From positions 1-62,720 of the IMG/VR virus record IMGVR_UViG_3300037242_000251: a DNA stretch of 62,720 nucleotides. One strand, given 5' to 3'. A program made the translations under genes and the position numbers. The DNA comes from a virus (lineage: Duplodnaviria; Caudoviricetes). A model generated the notes under the pieces. That model was not told the DNA's origin. It did not search any database and saw nothing but the letters and a program-made list of their open reading frames with translations. Positions 26,506-35,225 of this stretch are shown in pieces (position 1 is the stretch's first letter; each line of letters starts with the position of its first letter).

Positions 26506-26910
26506 ATGGCGAAACCGCAGCAGCGAGAGGTTCAGAAGGCGGCGTCGCAGCCGGACGACGGCCTGTTCGATGACGCGCCGTCGAGCGAACCGGTGGTTGA
26601 GTCGCCTGTCCTGGCGGTCGCGGAAGAGGCGCAGGTCGAGCCGGTCGCCGCTGAAGTGATCCTCGCGGAAGGCTTCAGCGCCTTCCCGCTTGAGCCGCCA
26701 GAGGGCCGCTACAGCAAAGAGCCGCCTTACGATCATGCGCCGGTGTGGTTGACCAATGGTGAGCACGGCGCTGTCGGTCAGTGGCAGGTGACGCGGCGTT
26801 GGGACGGCCCGAAGAAGCGCTGGGGGCCGGTCGGCTTCTGGGCGCTGCGGGCGACGGGTGGACGACCGGTTGGCTTTACGCCGACGGGCTGGCGCGTGTG
26901 GAGAGACTGA
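26506..26910 (+). CDS. Hypothetical protein
   Basis: 134 aa, GAGGAG SD, Trp-rich C-terminus. Confidence 0.7.
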   Translation: MAKPQQREVQKAASQPDDGLFDDAPSSEPVVESPVLAVAEEAQVEPVAAEVILAEGFSAFPLEPPEGRYSKEPPYDHAPVWLTNGEHGAVGQWQVTRRWDGPKKRWGPVGFWALRATGGRPVGFTPTGWRVWRD

Positions 26911-27539
26911 TGGCCACGTCCACTGTCGAGGCCGAGTGGGTCGACTCGGAGCATTATCTGGGGCCGAAGATGAAGCGCATCACGTTTCAGTGCGGCAAGT
27001 GCAACCACCGCTGGGTGCGCACGCTGAAGGTCGAACCTAAGCGTGACCCGCCATGCCCCAACCGCCGCTGCGAGGAGGCGGCCGAGAAGGCTGAGATGCG
27101 GCGCGAGATCGAGAACCTGAGGCAAATGCTGGAGGAGCAGCGCGCGCCAGCGACCGTCGGCGCCAATGTGCGCGTCAGGGCGATTGACGAGACGGCGAAG
27201 ATCGTCATGGAGGATCAGAAGCTGACCAATCTGCGCGATGGTCTGCGCGAGGGCGACACGATGGCGCCCAAGTTGCCGCAGCGCCAGCAGGAACTCGCCG
27301 ATGCGATGTTCTCGCCCAAGACGACCGGCGTCACGCCGGTGATCGATATGGGTGGGCGGCGTCAGTCGATCCCGTCGGCGCGTCTTCGTCAGGTCGGCCT
27401 GCGCGCGATCGGCGGCGCCTACGCGCAGAACTCGGTCAAGCCGACGGCGATTATCCCGAAGGATCGCCCGGCGACGGTGGCGGTTAAGAATGAGCGTTAC
27501 AATCCCGGTCGGCCAAGCGCCGAAGGATACAAGAAGTAG
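26910..27539 (+). CDS. Zinc-ribbon protein
   Basis: CGKC...CPNRRC; coupled start. Confidence 0.7.
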   Translation: MATSTVEAEWVDSEHYLGPKMKRITFQCGKCNHRWVRTLKVEPKRDPPCPNRRCEEAAEKAEMRREIENLRQMLEEQRAPATVGANVRVRAIDETAKIVMEDQKLTNLRDGLREGDTMAPKLPQRQQELADAMFSPKTTGVTPVIDMGGRRQSIPSARLRQVGLRAIGGAYAQNSVKPTAIIPKDRPATVAVKNERYNPGRPSAEGYKK

Positions 27540-27548
27540 GAGAAAGCC

Positions 27549-27713
27549 ATGAAGACATCGAAGCCGACGCGCGGCGTCGGGCCATTCGCCAAAGCTGCCG
27601 TGCCGGTTCAGGCGGCGGTGAAGCCGACTGCTGTTAAGACGGCTCCTGGCCGCATCGGCAATCTCGGCGCTTTCGCGCACGCGCCGAAGAAGAAATCGTC
27701 GAAATCGCGTTGA
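27549..27713 (+). CDS. 54-aa basic protein (…GNLGAFAHAPKKKSSKSR)
   Basis: AGGAG SD; below the ORF-track cutoff; no acidic residues. Confidence 0.7.
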   Translation: MKTSKPTRGVGPFAKAAVPVQAAVKPTAVKTAPGRIGNLGAFAHAPKKKSSKSR

Positions 27714-27744
27714 CGTTTCGGCCGGGCGCGCGCATCATCGTTCT

Positions 27745-27826
27745 CGATCCGCAGGCCCCCGTCTGCTGGTCTGTTTGCACTCCCCTATTCCGTAGACTTG
27801 AGCCCCGCTTCGGCGGGGCTTTTTTC
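27745..27826 (+). ncRNA. Candidate ~80-nt sRNA with its own promoter and terminator
   Basis: TTGACG (27710)-N17-CATCAT (27733); 5' hairpin, CU-rich single strand, terminator. Confidence 0.45.
27801..27826 (+). terminator. Intrinsic terminator between convergent units
   Basis: AGCCCCGC-TTCG-GCGGGGCT then a T run. Confidence 0.85.
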
Positions 27827-29726
27827 AATTCAGCAGCGGTCGCGCGAAGCGGTTGAAGATGTTGATCGCGCCGCGCGCGGCGACGTTGGCGCCCTCAAAG
27901 ATTGCCCATGTCGCGATTGACACTTCGATTGCGCCGACCGGGACGGTCCACTCGGCGAAGCGCCGGTAGCCGGTCGCGCTCAGCGGTGCGGTGAAGGTCG
28001 CCGGCCCGGCGTTGGTCTGGTAGCTCACGACCACTGTCGCGGCGATCGGCGTCAGCACGATCGAGCGGTTGACGTAGAACGACACCGCCCAGGTCAGCGT
28101 GTCGCCGATCCGCGCGTAGCGCGACGTTCCTCTCCCCATCTGTGGCGCCGTGAAGTTCGGCGTCAGCGAGTAGATGCACGTCATCGTGACGATCGGCGGG
28201 ACCGGCGGCGTGACGGGTTCTACATAGGACGCCGACTGGTCCCACATCGTCGGCGGGCGCAGCAGCGTCCAGCGCCCGAGGCCGCTCTCCTCCATCCAGA
28301 AGACCGACGGCGTCGGTGTCGGCGGCGGGGGCGGCGCGATCGACAGCGAGGCGCTGTCGGGCGGCTGCGGTAGGCGCAGACGCGACACATCACTCTGGCC
28401 GAGCCACTGCGAGACGAAGCTGATCGATGGTGCGGCGACGGGCGCCGAGGGGTTGCGTGCGTCGTCGAGCGGCCGGATCGGCGCCAGCCGCTTGATATCG
28501 CTCTGGCCGAGCCACTGCGCCGGCGTCACGAGGATCGTCGAACCGGTCGGCGTCCATGCGACGAAGCGGGCGTCGCTCGGTTTTGGCGGCGATAGGTGTG
28601 GTGTGTCGCTTTGTCCGAGCCACTGCGCGATGTCGTTCGGCAGGAACTCCGTCCCGTAGCCGATCGGCGCTGCGAGGTCGTCGATGCGCCGGTTCGGCGG
28701 TAGCCGCGCGGTGTCGCTCTGGCCGAGCCACTGCGACACGTAGGTGATGGCTGCGGCCGGCGTGATTTTCTGCGGCGGCCACGGCGTGTTGTCGAGTGCG
28801 TGAAGCGGCGGTAGGTGTGTTGGTAGGTTGTGGTCGTCACCCCACTGCGAGACATAGATTGGTGTGACGACGGCAGGTGGCTGCGCTGGCCACGGTGTGT
28901 TGTCGAGCATGCGAGGCGGCGGCAGTCGCGCGGCGTCGCTTTGACCGAGCCATTGCGAGACGAAAGTTGTGACGGGAGCGGCCGAGATGATGCCGACGGC
29001 GCCAGCCAGATCGGCGACTTGCCGCGGCGGCGCCAGTCTCGGCAGCGGGGTTGAGTCGAGCCACGGCGGCGCGAACAAGAATGTATAAGCGATCTGGCCG
29101 CGAGCGCCTGCGCCAGATGTAACAGCGGCTACGGTGGAACCACCACCGCCGCCCGGTGCGGAGCCCGATGTTGGGGAAGTAGGACTGCCGTTGCCACCGG
29201 CGCCACCATCCGGCGTGCCGCCCGCAGCGCCGCCCGTACTAGACGAACTACTACCAGCGCTACCCGATCCAGCGCCGCCACCCCCTCCGTCTGTGCCGTT
29301 TGCCGTGCTTTTGCCATTACCGCCAGCGAATAGCGTCGTGCCAATGCAACTCGCCGTTGCTCCGCCGTTCCCCTGAGAACTGGCTAACCCCCCGAAGCCG
29401 AGAGCCCCAAGACATCCGGTTGTCGAGGAGGCGGGCGAGGAATTTGTTCCGAGGTTAACCCAAGAACTAACGCCGTTGCCACCGCCGCCATTAAGACGAC
29501 CTGCGCCGCCGGTCCCTACATTCCAGAATAAAGTTTGCCCCGGAGAGCAGGCAATAGTTGACGCGGCATAGGCTCCTCCACCACCTCCGCCGGGTCCGAC
29601 ACCTCCGGTGTCTGCGCCGCTACCACCGGCGCCCGCACCACCATAAGATTCTACGATGGCGGCGATTGCTCCAATAGGGACGACAACGCTGCCAGCCCCG
29701 GTCGTAGTGACGACGACGCGGGCCAT
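27825..29726 (-). CDS. Glycine-rich domain plus Pro-rich SQWLGQSD repeat protein, probable virion appendage
   Basis: N-terminal Gly-rich domain (GGGGGGAYA, APGGGGG, GARG); about 7 repeats of about 39 aa. Confidence 0.75.
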   Translation of the reverse strand: MARVVVTTTGAGSVVVPIGAIAAIVESYGGAGAGGSGADTGGVGPGGGGGGAYAASTIACSPGQTLFWNVGTGGAGRLNGGGGNGVSSWVNLGTNSSPASSTTGCLGALGFGGLASSQGNGGATASCIGTTLFAGGNGKSTANGTDGGGGGAGSGSAGSSSSSTGGAAGGTPDGGAGGNGSPTSPTSGSAPGGGGGSTVAAVTSGAGARGQIAYTFLFAPPWLDSTPLPRLAPPRQVADLAGAVGIISAAPVTTFVSQWLGQSDAARLPPPRMLDNTPWPAQPPAVVTPIYVSQWGDDHNLPTHLPPLHALDNTPWPPQKITPAAAITYVSQWLGQSDTARLPPNRRIDDLAAPIGYGTEFLPNDIAQWLGQSDTPHLSPPKPSDARFVAWTPTGSTILVTPAQWLGQSDIKRLAPIRPLDDARNPSAPVAAPSISFVSQWLGQSDVSRLRLPQPPDSASLSIAPPPPPTPTPSVFWMEESGLGRWTLLRPPTMWDQSASYVEPVTPPVPPIVTMTCIYSLTPNFTAPQMGRGTSRYARIGDTLTWAVSFYVNRSIVLTPIAATVVVSYQTNAGPATFTAPLSATGYRRFAEWTVPVGAIEVSIATWAIFEGANVAARGAINIFNRFARPLLN

Positions 29727-29736
29727 CGGTCAGTCC

Positions 29737-30012
29737 TTAGGAGCAGGCGGCGATGTGGCGACGAGATTCCATGCGGTCAAGCCATTTCTCGATCGGCCGG
29801 CAGCCCTTGCCGACGCAGCGCATGCAGATTGGCCCGTTGCAGCAGTGGCACCACGCGCCGATACCGTCGTCGGTCGCCCGCTTGAACGGCGGCTTGTCGA
29901 CGACCTTCGAACAGTGGAGACACGTGAACGTCTCGACTTCTGTCGGCCGGGCGAAAGCCGGGTCGGTGATGATCGAGTAGCCTCGAGACTTTCTCTGACG
30001 GCTAGGTCCCAT
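29737..30012 (-). CDS. Cys-rich Zn-binding protein
   Basis: CLHC, CHCC, CMRC motifs. Confidence 0.7.
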   Translation of the reverse strand: MGPSRQRKSRGYSIITDPAFARPTEVETFTCLHCSKVVDKPPFKRATDDGIGAWCHCCNGPICMRCVGKGCRPIEKWLDRMESRRHIAACS

Positions 30013-30343
30013 GATCGCGGTCCCATAGGAAGCGGGTGTAGTCGGCGAATTCGGCCTTGTTCCACCCGGTCTGGTTGTCGCACAGTGGGAAGACGAAGCC
30101 TTCGCCGCTGTAGGAGAGATTCCACGCCCGCGCGTCCGCTTCGATCACGACTGGCGCCTCACTGCCGCGCATCGTCAGCTTCGTGTTGCTGCACACAACG
30201 CGCGTGTCGGCGGCGTTGGCGGGGCTGTTCGAGTTTGCCTTCGCGCCGATCCCGCGCGGCGCGACGTAGCCTTTGTCGTCGGCGGTGAGCGCGCCGCGCA
30301 CCTGTTCGGCCGCCGGCGCGCCGCAGAACCTGCAGGGCTTCAC
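30002..30343 (-). CDS. Hypothetical protein with CxxC
   Basis: GTGA-coupled, VKPCRFCG. Confidence 0.6.
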   Translation of the reverse strand: MKPCRFCGAPAAEQVRGALTADDKGYVAPRGIGAKANSNSPANAADTRVVCSNTKLTMRGSEAPVVIEADARAWNLSYSGEGFVFPLCDNQTGWNKAEFADYTRFLWDRDHGT

Positions 30344-30813
30344 AGGTCGTCGTACTCGATGCCGAACAGAACGTTCGACGCGTAGGTTGGCGACAGCGCC
30401 AGCAGCGACAGGCCGACGAGATTGGTCGCCGCCCAGGTCAGCATCGCGTCGGTGTCCTGCGCCGCCCACTGCATCGACGCGCGCTGGTTGAGCGAGCGCG
30501 AGAAGATGTCGAGCGTATAGGTTCCCTCGGCGGTGTAGGCGTTATGTGCCACGGTGCGCGAGGCGACGTCGGCAGGGTTGAGCGGATCGGGCGTGACGGC
30601 AGTCGAGGTGCCGTCGGCTGTGGCGCGCTGGACCTCGTAGACGATCTGGCAGTCGGTTGCGTTGGGCGCGCCGTCGGGGCCCATCTGCAACGCGACGGCG
30701 CGGCCGCGGCACAGCGTTGCGGTGGCCGCCCAGACCTGGACCTGCGTTTTGAAAGTGGTGGTGATCGCTTGCTGGGCGTTGGTCATGCGGTTGTCGACGT
30801 GAAATCTTGCCAT
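30340..30813 (-). CDS. Putative virion structural protein (beta-rich)
   Basis: 157 aa, AAGGA SD, downstream of portal. Confidence 0.65.
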   Translation of the reverse strand: MARFHVDNRMTNAQQAITTTFKTQVQVWAATATLCRGRAVALQMGPDGAPNATDCQIVYEVQRATADGTSTAVTPDPLNPADVASRTVAHNAYTAEGTYTLDIFSRSLNQRASMQWAAQDTDAMLTWAATNLVGLSLLALSPTYASNVLFGIEYDDL

Positions 30814-30831
30814 GGGTTTTCCTTTCGTGAG

Positions 30832-32619
30832 TTACTTCTTGCCGCCTTGGTGCAGAGCCAATTTTGTCGCCTGTTCCTTCTCCGCCGCTTCGGCCTGCGC
30901 AACTGCGCGGCGTGTGATGTCGGCTTGCAGTGCCTCGGGATCGGTGACGTCGAGATGTTCGACGGCGGTCGCGGGCGACATCAGGCCGGTCTTCAGCATG
31001 TCGAAGACCAGAGCCTTGGCGTCGGCCGAGAACGCGGGCGAAGAACTGTGCTCGTCGACGGTCAGCGTCACGTCGTCGGGCAGATCTTCGTAGCTGAAGT
31101 AGACCGGAACCATGCCTTTGGCGGGCGGCGTCAACAACAGCGCCTCGTCTTTCGACGCGACGCTCTGCACGCCGGCCTCGGCCTCGGGAACCCAGGCGAC
31201 CAGCTTCTTGTCGACGTGGGCGCGGAACATGTCGAGCGTCAGGGCGCCCATGTGCTCGACGTCGCGCTCGATCAACAGTGCGCGGTCCTTGAAGCGCGGC
31301 GAGAACATCCGCACCAGCGTGTCGGCGTGCGCGCCCGACCGCACGCCCTTCTCGCCGTGGCCCTTGGCGATCGGCGGCACACCCATCATCTCGTCGAACA
31401 TGCGCTCGTACTCGTGCAGCGAGGCCCACAGGTCTTGGGGGATCTCGGTGCGGTCCTTCTCGATTTTGGCGTTGGGGTTGGTGTCGACGAAATGACCGCC
31501 CGGCTTCTTGTACTTCGACAGCGCCAGCTGCGTGACGCCGGTCGAGCCGACGAATTTCGTCGTCGGGTCTTCTTGCATTCGCAGCATCCGGTTGGTGCCC
31601 ACTAGCCGTGTGTTGATCGCCTCCTGCAGATAGACGAGCCGCTGCACCTCGGAGGCGCCCCAGAAATAGGTCGGGACCGGGTTCGGGCAGAAGGTCGAGT
31701 AGGGGTGGTCGCCTTTCAGGCACGGCGCCGAGGTTTGGTTCGACGGATCCCACGCGAGTGCGTTCTGGATCGTGTATTTGCCCATGATCAGCATGTCGTC
31801 GCCGACCAGTTGGAACGTCGCCCAGTCCTCGCGCTCGTCGTCCCATATCCAGGTCTCGTTGATCTCGATCAGGCTCTGCTCGACGGTCGGGTCGAGCTGC
31901 GGCTGCGGCCGGCCCATCCAGTCGACCAGCCCGCGCGTTGGGTTGTTGTTCTGCCCCGCCGCTTGCAGCGGGTACAGGCCGCCGACGACGATGTTCATCG
32001 CCGTGCCGCGCGTGTCGGTGAGTCCGCCGGCGCTCTCGCGCGAGTAGTTCCTCACCTTGCGCATCAGTTCGTTCTTGTCGGGGTGATTCTTCACTAGGCC
32101 GAGGAACTGGTCGCGCGTGATCAGCATCGCGTGGTTGAAGGCGCTCATGCTTTCGTCGAGCTTGTCGTAGTTTTCGCGCAGCACGCCGAAATCCTCGGGC
32201 TGCACCAGCCAGGTCGACATTCGTCCGCCCGAGAACGACTGCTTGATGATTCCCTTGCCGCGTACGAGGCCGATGTTGACTGCCTGGCTCAGCATCGAGT
32301 CGGCGTCGCAGCGCCGGTACTGGTTGCGGATGTGCGCCGCCGCGGCGCGGCCCTTCGCTTCGTTGACGACCGAGGGATAGTCGGGGTCGCCGATGTGGAA
32401 GCGCAGCGATACCGGCGAGAACAGTAGCGATTCGAGGTCGTCGAGCGACACCCACAGCTTGTTGTACATCGCCGGTGTCGAGGGGTCCGCCGAGCCGGTG
32501 TCGACGTAGTTCTGGTAGAAGACGCCGCGGTTCATCCTCGCCTGGCGCGAGGACATGCAGTGCGAGGCGGTCTCCCGCACGAACTGGGTGAGGCGCTTGG
32601 CGTCTCGCGGTATCCTCAT
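30832..32619 (-). CDS. Portal protein
   Basis: 595 aa; YFWG.SEV..L..LQ..IN and G.GEKGVRS segments; size and neighbourhood. Confidence 0.75.
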   Translation of the reverse strand: MRIPRDAKRLTQFVRETASHCMSSRQARMNRGVFYQNYVDTGSADPSTPAMYNKLWVSLDDLESLLFSPVSLRFHIGDPDYPSVVNEAKGRAAAAHIRNQYRRCDADSMLSQAVNIGLVRGKGIIKQSFSGGRMSTWLVQPEDFGVLRENYDKLDESMSAFNHAMLITRDQFLGLVKNHPDKNELMRKVRNYSRESAGGLTDTRGTAMNIVVGGLYPLQAAGQNNNPTRGLVDWMGRPQPQLDPTVEQSLIEINETWIWDDEREDWATFQLVGDDMLIMGKYTIQNALAWDPSNQTSAPCLKGDHPYSTFCPNPVPTYFWGASEVQRLVYLQEAINTRLVGTNRMLRMQEDPTTKFVGSTGVTQLALSKYKKPGGHFVDTNPNAKIEKDRTEIPQDLWASLHEYERMFDEMMGVPPIAKGHGEKGVRSGAHADTLVRMFSPRFKDRALLIERDVEHMGALTLDMFRAHVDKKLVAWVPEAEAGVQSVASKDEALLLTPPAKGMVPVYFSYEDLPDDVTLTVDEHSSSPAFSADAKALVFDMLKTGLMSPATAVEHLDVTDPEALQADITRRAVAQAEAAEKEQATKLALHQGGKK

Positions 32620-32700
32620 ATCTATACCATCCTATAGTATTGATATTCTTCGTCTTTTCCGCACGTTATATTGACATGAGCTTTCGGTCCAGCGTAGTCT
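32620..32700. promoter_or_regulatory. Divergent late promoter region
   Basis: ATCCTATAGTAT palindrome 32629-32640; TTGACA (32671)-N18-TAGTCT rightward. Confidence 0.6.
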
Positions 32701-32758
32701 CGCGTCCGTTCGGGGGTGAGGCTAGTCTCTTCCCCTCTTTCGTGAAAAGGAGACTCCC

Positions 32759-32803
32759 ATGGTTCGTCATCGTCACAAGGGCCGCAAGGGCCGTCGGAAG
32801 TAA
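32759..32803 (+). CDS. 14-aa basic micropeptide MVRHRHKGRKGRRK
   Basis: AAGGAG SD 6 nt upstream; followed by 11-bp hairpin 32819-32844. Confidence 0.65.
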   Translation: MVRHRHKGRKGRRK

Positions 32804-32871
32804 TCGACCATGCCAGCCGGGCGGGGAGCTAAGGCTCCTCGCCCATTCTTCTCTCTGAGGTCCGCTCGTTC

Positions 32872-33267
32872 ATGCCGATGCCCATGCCGATGCCCGGCGC
32901 TCCTGCTCCCGCACCTCAGGGTGTGGCGGGACCGGCGTCCGCTCCGGGACCGATGAAGGGCGCCGCGGCGGGCGGCATGGAGAAGCTCAAGCTCTCGCTC
33001 AAGGGTTTGCAGGAGTCCCTGCCCAATCTGCCGATGGGCTCCGCCATCCACACCGCCGTCCTCAAAGCTTTGACCGACATCGGCAAGGCGGTCGAGAAAG
33101 AAGGCGGCGGCCAGGGCGATCCTGGCGCCATGATCCAGCAGCTCGTCGAGATGGCCCGCAACGCCAAGCAGGCTGGGGTTCCGCCCCCGCAGATGCCCGG
33201 CGCCGGCGGCCCGGCGCCGCCGATGGGCGGCGCTCCCCCCGTCCCCCCGCCCCAGATGGGCGCTTGA
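32872..33267 (+). CDS. Pro/Gly-rich head-associated protein
   Basis: 131 aa, helical core with Pro-rich ends. Confidence 0.7.
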   Translation: MPMPMPMPGAPAPAPQGVAGPASAPGPMKGAAAGGMEKLKLSLKGLQESLPNLPMGSAIHTAVLKALTDIGKAVEKEGGGQGDPGAMIQQLVEMARNAKQAGVPPPQMPGAGGPAPPMGGAPPVPPPQMGA

Positions 33268-33281
33268 GAGGAATTACACAG

Positions 33282-33479
33282 ATGACCAGTGGAAAATTTC
33301 CCAAGGCGTATGACGGCGACGTCAAGGTCGATAACTCTTTGATGGAATACACGCAATTCCCGCAGATGGACATCGGCGCTCGTCCTTCTGGCATGCCGAA
33401 GGGCGGCGTCAGCGGCATCAAGTCACTTGAGCATGTCGGCAAGGACGGTTCGCGCGGCTCCGCGCCGAGGGCCAAGTAA
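33282..33479 (+). CDS. Small head-module protein
   Basis: 65 aa, GAGG SD. Confidence 0.65.
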   Translation: MTSGKFPKAYDGDVKVDNSLMEYTQFPQMDIGARPSGMPKGGVSGIKSLEHVGKDGSRGSAPRAK

Positions 33480-34063
33480 TGGCTGAGGCTACCCAGTCGC
33501 AGATTCGCGCCGAGGAACTCCTGAACGAGTTGCTGCGTGACGGTGAGGTCGGCGGCAAGGTCAGGAAGCTCGCCAAGGCGAAGTACCCTGACGCGCGTAT
33601 CGTCGACATCGACAGTGTCGCCGAGCCGCTCGTCGCGCCGCTGAAGGCCGAGAACGCCGCGCTCAAGGAGCGTCTCGACAAGCTCGAGGAGGCTCGCGCC
33701 ACCGAGAAGGAAGACGCGGAGAAGCGCGTTGCTCAGACCAATCTCGAAACGGCGCTGACCAAGGCCCGGCAGGATTACAACCTGACCGACGAGGGCTTCG
33801 ACAAGATGGTCGCCCGGATGAAGGAGACCGGCAACTACGCCGACGCGGACGCCGCGGCGGCCTGGGTTGCCTCCAAGACGCCGGCGCCCGCCGCTCCCGG
33901 CCCGACGTGGCGCGGGCAGGATTTGAACCTCTTCGGTTCGAAGGATAGGGACGAGGCGCTGGTCAAGCTCCACCGCGACCCGGAGGGGTACCGCGACGAT
34001 CAGATCGAGGAGTTTCTGCGCGATCCCGACAAGTTCACGCGGGAGACGCTGGGCGTCCAATGA
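33479..34063 (+). CDS. Putative scaffolding protein
   Basis: Charged coiled coil directly upstream of the major capsid gene. Confidence 0.65.
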   Translation: MAEATQSQIRAEELLNELLRDGEVGGKVRKLAKAKYPDARIVDIDSVAEPLVAPLKAENAALKERLDKLEEARATEKEDAEKRVAQTNLETALTKARQDYNLTDEGFDKMVARMKETGNYADADAAAAWVASKTPAPAAPGPTWRGQDLNLFGSKDRDEALVKLHRDPEGYRDDQIEEFLRDPDKFTRETLGVQ

Positions 34064-34086
34064 CGATTTTTGTCGCTCATGAATTC

Positions 34087-34128
34087 ATCGCGCTCGGTGC
34101 GGAAATCACCGGGCGCGGTCTTTTGTTT
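34087..34128 (+). terminator. Terminator-like hairpin before the capsid gene
   Basis: 13-bp stem 34087-34099/34107-34119 plus CTTTTGTTT. Confidence 0.55.
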
Positions 34129-34142
34129 CAAGGAGTGCTGTG

Positions 34143-35213
34143 ATGGCCTATCCGAATTCTCCGGTTTCGACGCTAACCGGCTCAGGAATCACGCCTTCTG
34201 GGCAACTTGGGGCGCAGTTGGCCGCCCTGACGCGCCGTGCCTTTTTGAGCACTTGCTACGTCCAAATCTATCAGAGCCACCCCCTTCTTTCACTTTTCAT
34301 GTCGAACAGCAAAGCAGCGCGCGGCGGCGTCTCGCAGATCACCGTTCCGGTGCAGGGCAACAGCTTCGTCCAGTTCTCGTGGGGCGGCTTTGACGGCAAC
34401 TTCCCGATGCCGACCGATCAGGCGGCGATCCAGAACGCGCAGTTCAGTCTCAAGCTCGGCATGGTGCCGATTGGCTTTTTCGGGATGGAGGCCATCCTGC
34501 AAAGCTCCGAGGTTGTCATTCCCAAGCTGCGCGCCGTGATGAGCGACGCCGCGGTGGTGATGAAGCAGTCCTATGCGCAGGCGCTCTATTCGAACAACTA
34601 CGCCAACACGCAGATTTGGGATTCGCTCAGCCAGGCTTTCGACGACGGCACCAACGTCCCGTCTTACGGCGGCATCGCGCGCTCGCCCGGCTCGTTCTGG
34701 GCCGGCCAGCTGATCAGCAACACCGGCGCCGCAGTGACGACGAGGGTCGGCGCGGCGCAGATTCTGACGCGCATCCAGTCCGGCGCTGGCGGCGAGGCGC
34801 CCGATTTCGGTGTGATGAACCCGGCCAACTGGGCCGAGCTCATGACCGACTTCATGAGCCTCGAGATGTACCAGACCCGGCCGCGCTCGATCTACGAGAA
34901 GGACGATGTGGTCAACGCCGGCTTCCGCGGCATCAAGGTGCTCGACACGCCGATCTTCCCCGATCCGTTCTGTCCGCTCGGCTCGGCCTACTTTCTCAAC
35001 AGCCGCTACACCGGCATGTACATGTCCGAATACGCGCCGATGACCTTCTCCGGCTTCGAGCCGCTGATCAACGTCGGCCAGATCGCTGACGTCGGCGTTC
35101 TCATCTCGTGCGCCGATCTCGTCTGCGCCAAACCGTCCTCGGGCGCTCAGGTGACGGGCATCACCGGCGCGGCGTGGCAGTCTGTTCCGGGCACTTCGCC
35201 CGCCGTGATCTGA
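34143..35213 (+). CDS. Major capsid protein
   Basis: 356 aa, AAGGAG SD; GG..I.VP, YGGI.R, AGF.GI, D..CP...YFLN pattern of HK97-fold capsids. Confidence 0.8.
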   Translation: MAYPNSPVSTLTGSGITPSGQLGAQLAALTRRAFLSTCYVQIYQSHPLLSLFMSNSKAARGGVSQITVPVQGNSFVQFSWGGFDGNFPMPTDQAAIQNAQFSLKLGMVPIGFFGMEAILQSSEVVIPKLRAVMSDAAVVMKQSYAQALYSNNYANTQIWDSLSQAFDDGTNVPSYGGIARSPGSFWAGQLISNTGAAVTTRVGAAQILTRIQSGAGGEAPDFGVMNPANWAELMTDFMSLEMYQTRPRSIYEKDDVVNAGFRGIKVLDTPIFPDPFCPLGSAYFLNSRYTGMYMSEYAPMTFSGFEPLINVGQIADVGVLISCADLVCAKPSSGAQVTGITGAAWQSVPGTSPAVI

Positions 35214-35225
35214 AGGAGTTGAACG

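Noticed and set aside
27714-32760. Portal block as a recombinase-driven invertible segment
   Set aside because: No matching inverted repeats seen at the two boundaries by eye
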